Assembly: GCA_965112155.1 (NCBI GenBank)
Contig: OZ218111.1
Strand: one strand, 5' to 3'
Source: Podarcis liolepis
Lineage: Eukaryota
Length of the DNA: 64,000 nt
Below the pieces are notes generated by a model. It did no database searches. It saw nothing but the letters and a program-made list of their open reading frames with translations, and was not told the DNA's origin. A program made the position numbers and the translations under genes. Shown one piece after another: positions 63,361 to 64,000 of this stretch; position 1 is the stretch's first letter, and each line of letters opens with the position of its first letter.

Positions 63361-63667
63361 AAATCTTTCAATGTTTCCTATCAGCCCGTGAAGTAGCTCG
63401 CAGTCGAGACCGAGAGAGAATAAATGGTGGGGCAGGGGCTCGAATGGATGACCAGGCCCCTCAGTCCCAGCAAGAACGCAGAGTCAGCAGAGACCTTCCT
63501 GAAGGACAAGATGTGTACACAGCTGCCTGCAACTCTGTGATCCATAGGTGTGCTTTGCTGATTCTGGGAGTCAGCCCCGTTATTGAGGAGCTGCAGAAGC
63601 GAAGAGAGGAAGGGCAGTTGCAACAGCCATCAACTGGTACCGCAGAAGGGATTGGACTCATGACCAG
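63361..63667 (+). CDS. HERC1: HERC1 exon KIFQCFLSAREV...IGLMTR (gene continues past the window)
   Basis: AG/GT, 307 nt. Confidence 0.95.
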
Positions 63668-64000
63668 GTGCGATTAATGAACTGTGCACAAGAGCAGCCA
63701 GCAGCTCTTGAAACCTTGCTAAGTAATCTGCTAGAAACCTGCTTGAAACCTAGCAGTAATCTACCTAAGGTAGGGTGAGCCTGCCAAATCCTAACAATAG
63801 GCGCCAGAGGTCCTACTGTTTGTTCCAGAGCAGTTGGTGGTACATTGGGCAGGTCTTAGAGTCAGGCCCTTTCCTTTGGTAGTGCCTAATTTGTGCAATG
63901 AGCTCCAAGGGATGGGGGTGGGGGTGGTGGAATATGCCAGGCTTTGTCTCTGGTGAAAGGGGAAGTCCTTGTTTGAGAGAGCATTCTGTTGGCACATCAG

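Noticed and set aside
1-64000. CRISPR arrays, operons or prokaryotic defence systems
   Set aside because: The sequence is intron-rich vertebrate DNA, and the repeats are microsatellites and transposons without repeat-spacer structure.

Overview
Vertebrate genomic DNA, inferred to be a squamate reptile (Sauria SINEs and BovB; probably a lacertid-type lizard). Two + strand genes are recognisable. (1) The 3' end of DAPK2/DRP-1: the last kinase-domain exon (3641-3686), the ZIPK/DAPK3-like alternative terminal exon of the DRP-1beta isoform (about 5356-5997), and three exons of the canonical calmodulin-regulated alpha tail (7968-10916). (2) The 5' part of HERC1: a CpG-island promoter and probable non-coding exon 1 near 23.0-23.4 kb, a ~17 kb first intron, and 22 coding exons from 40734 to 63667 covering the N-terminus, RCC1-like domain 1 and the region after it. 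The gene continues beyond the window. Introns are dense with mobile DNA: a 5'-truncated Rex1/Babar-type LINE with an uninterrupted RT ORF, BovB, L2, CR1 and L1 fragments, two full-length Sauria SINEs with TSDs, and many Tc1/mariner, hAT and Harbinger MITEs. The most unusual item is a ~1 kb hAT element with an 8-bp TSD and three TIR copies that appears to carry a captured CpG-island/promoter fragment into HERC1 intron 1. Other notable items are substitutions at known DAPK2 phospho-regulatory sites, an RBFOX-motif cluster around the alpha/beta splice switch, a GC-AG intron with a competing GT donor, an inverted MITE pair, and an orphan CpG island at about 17 kb. Gene and repeat-family identities come from recalled similarity; no database search was run.
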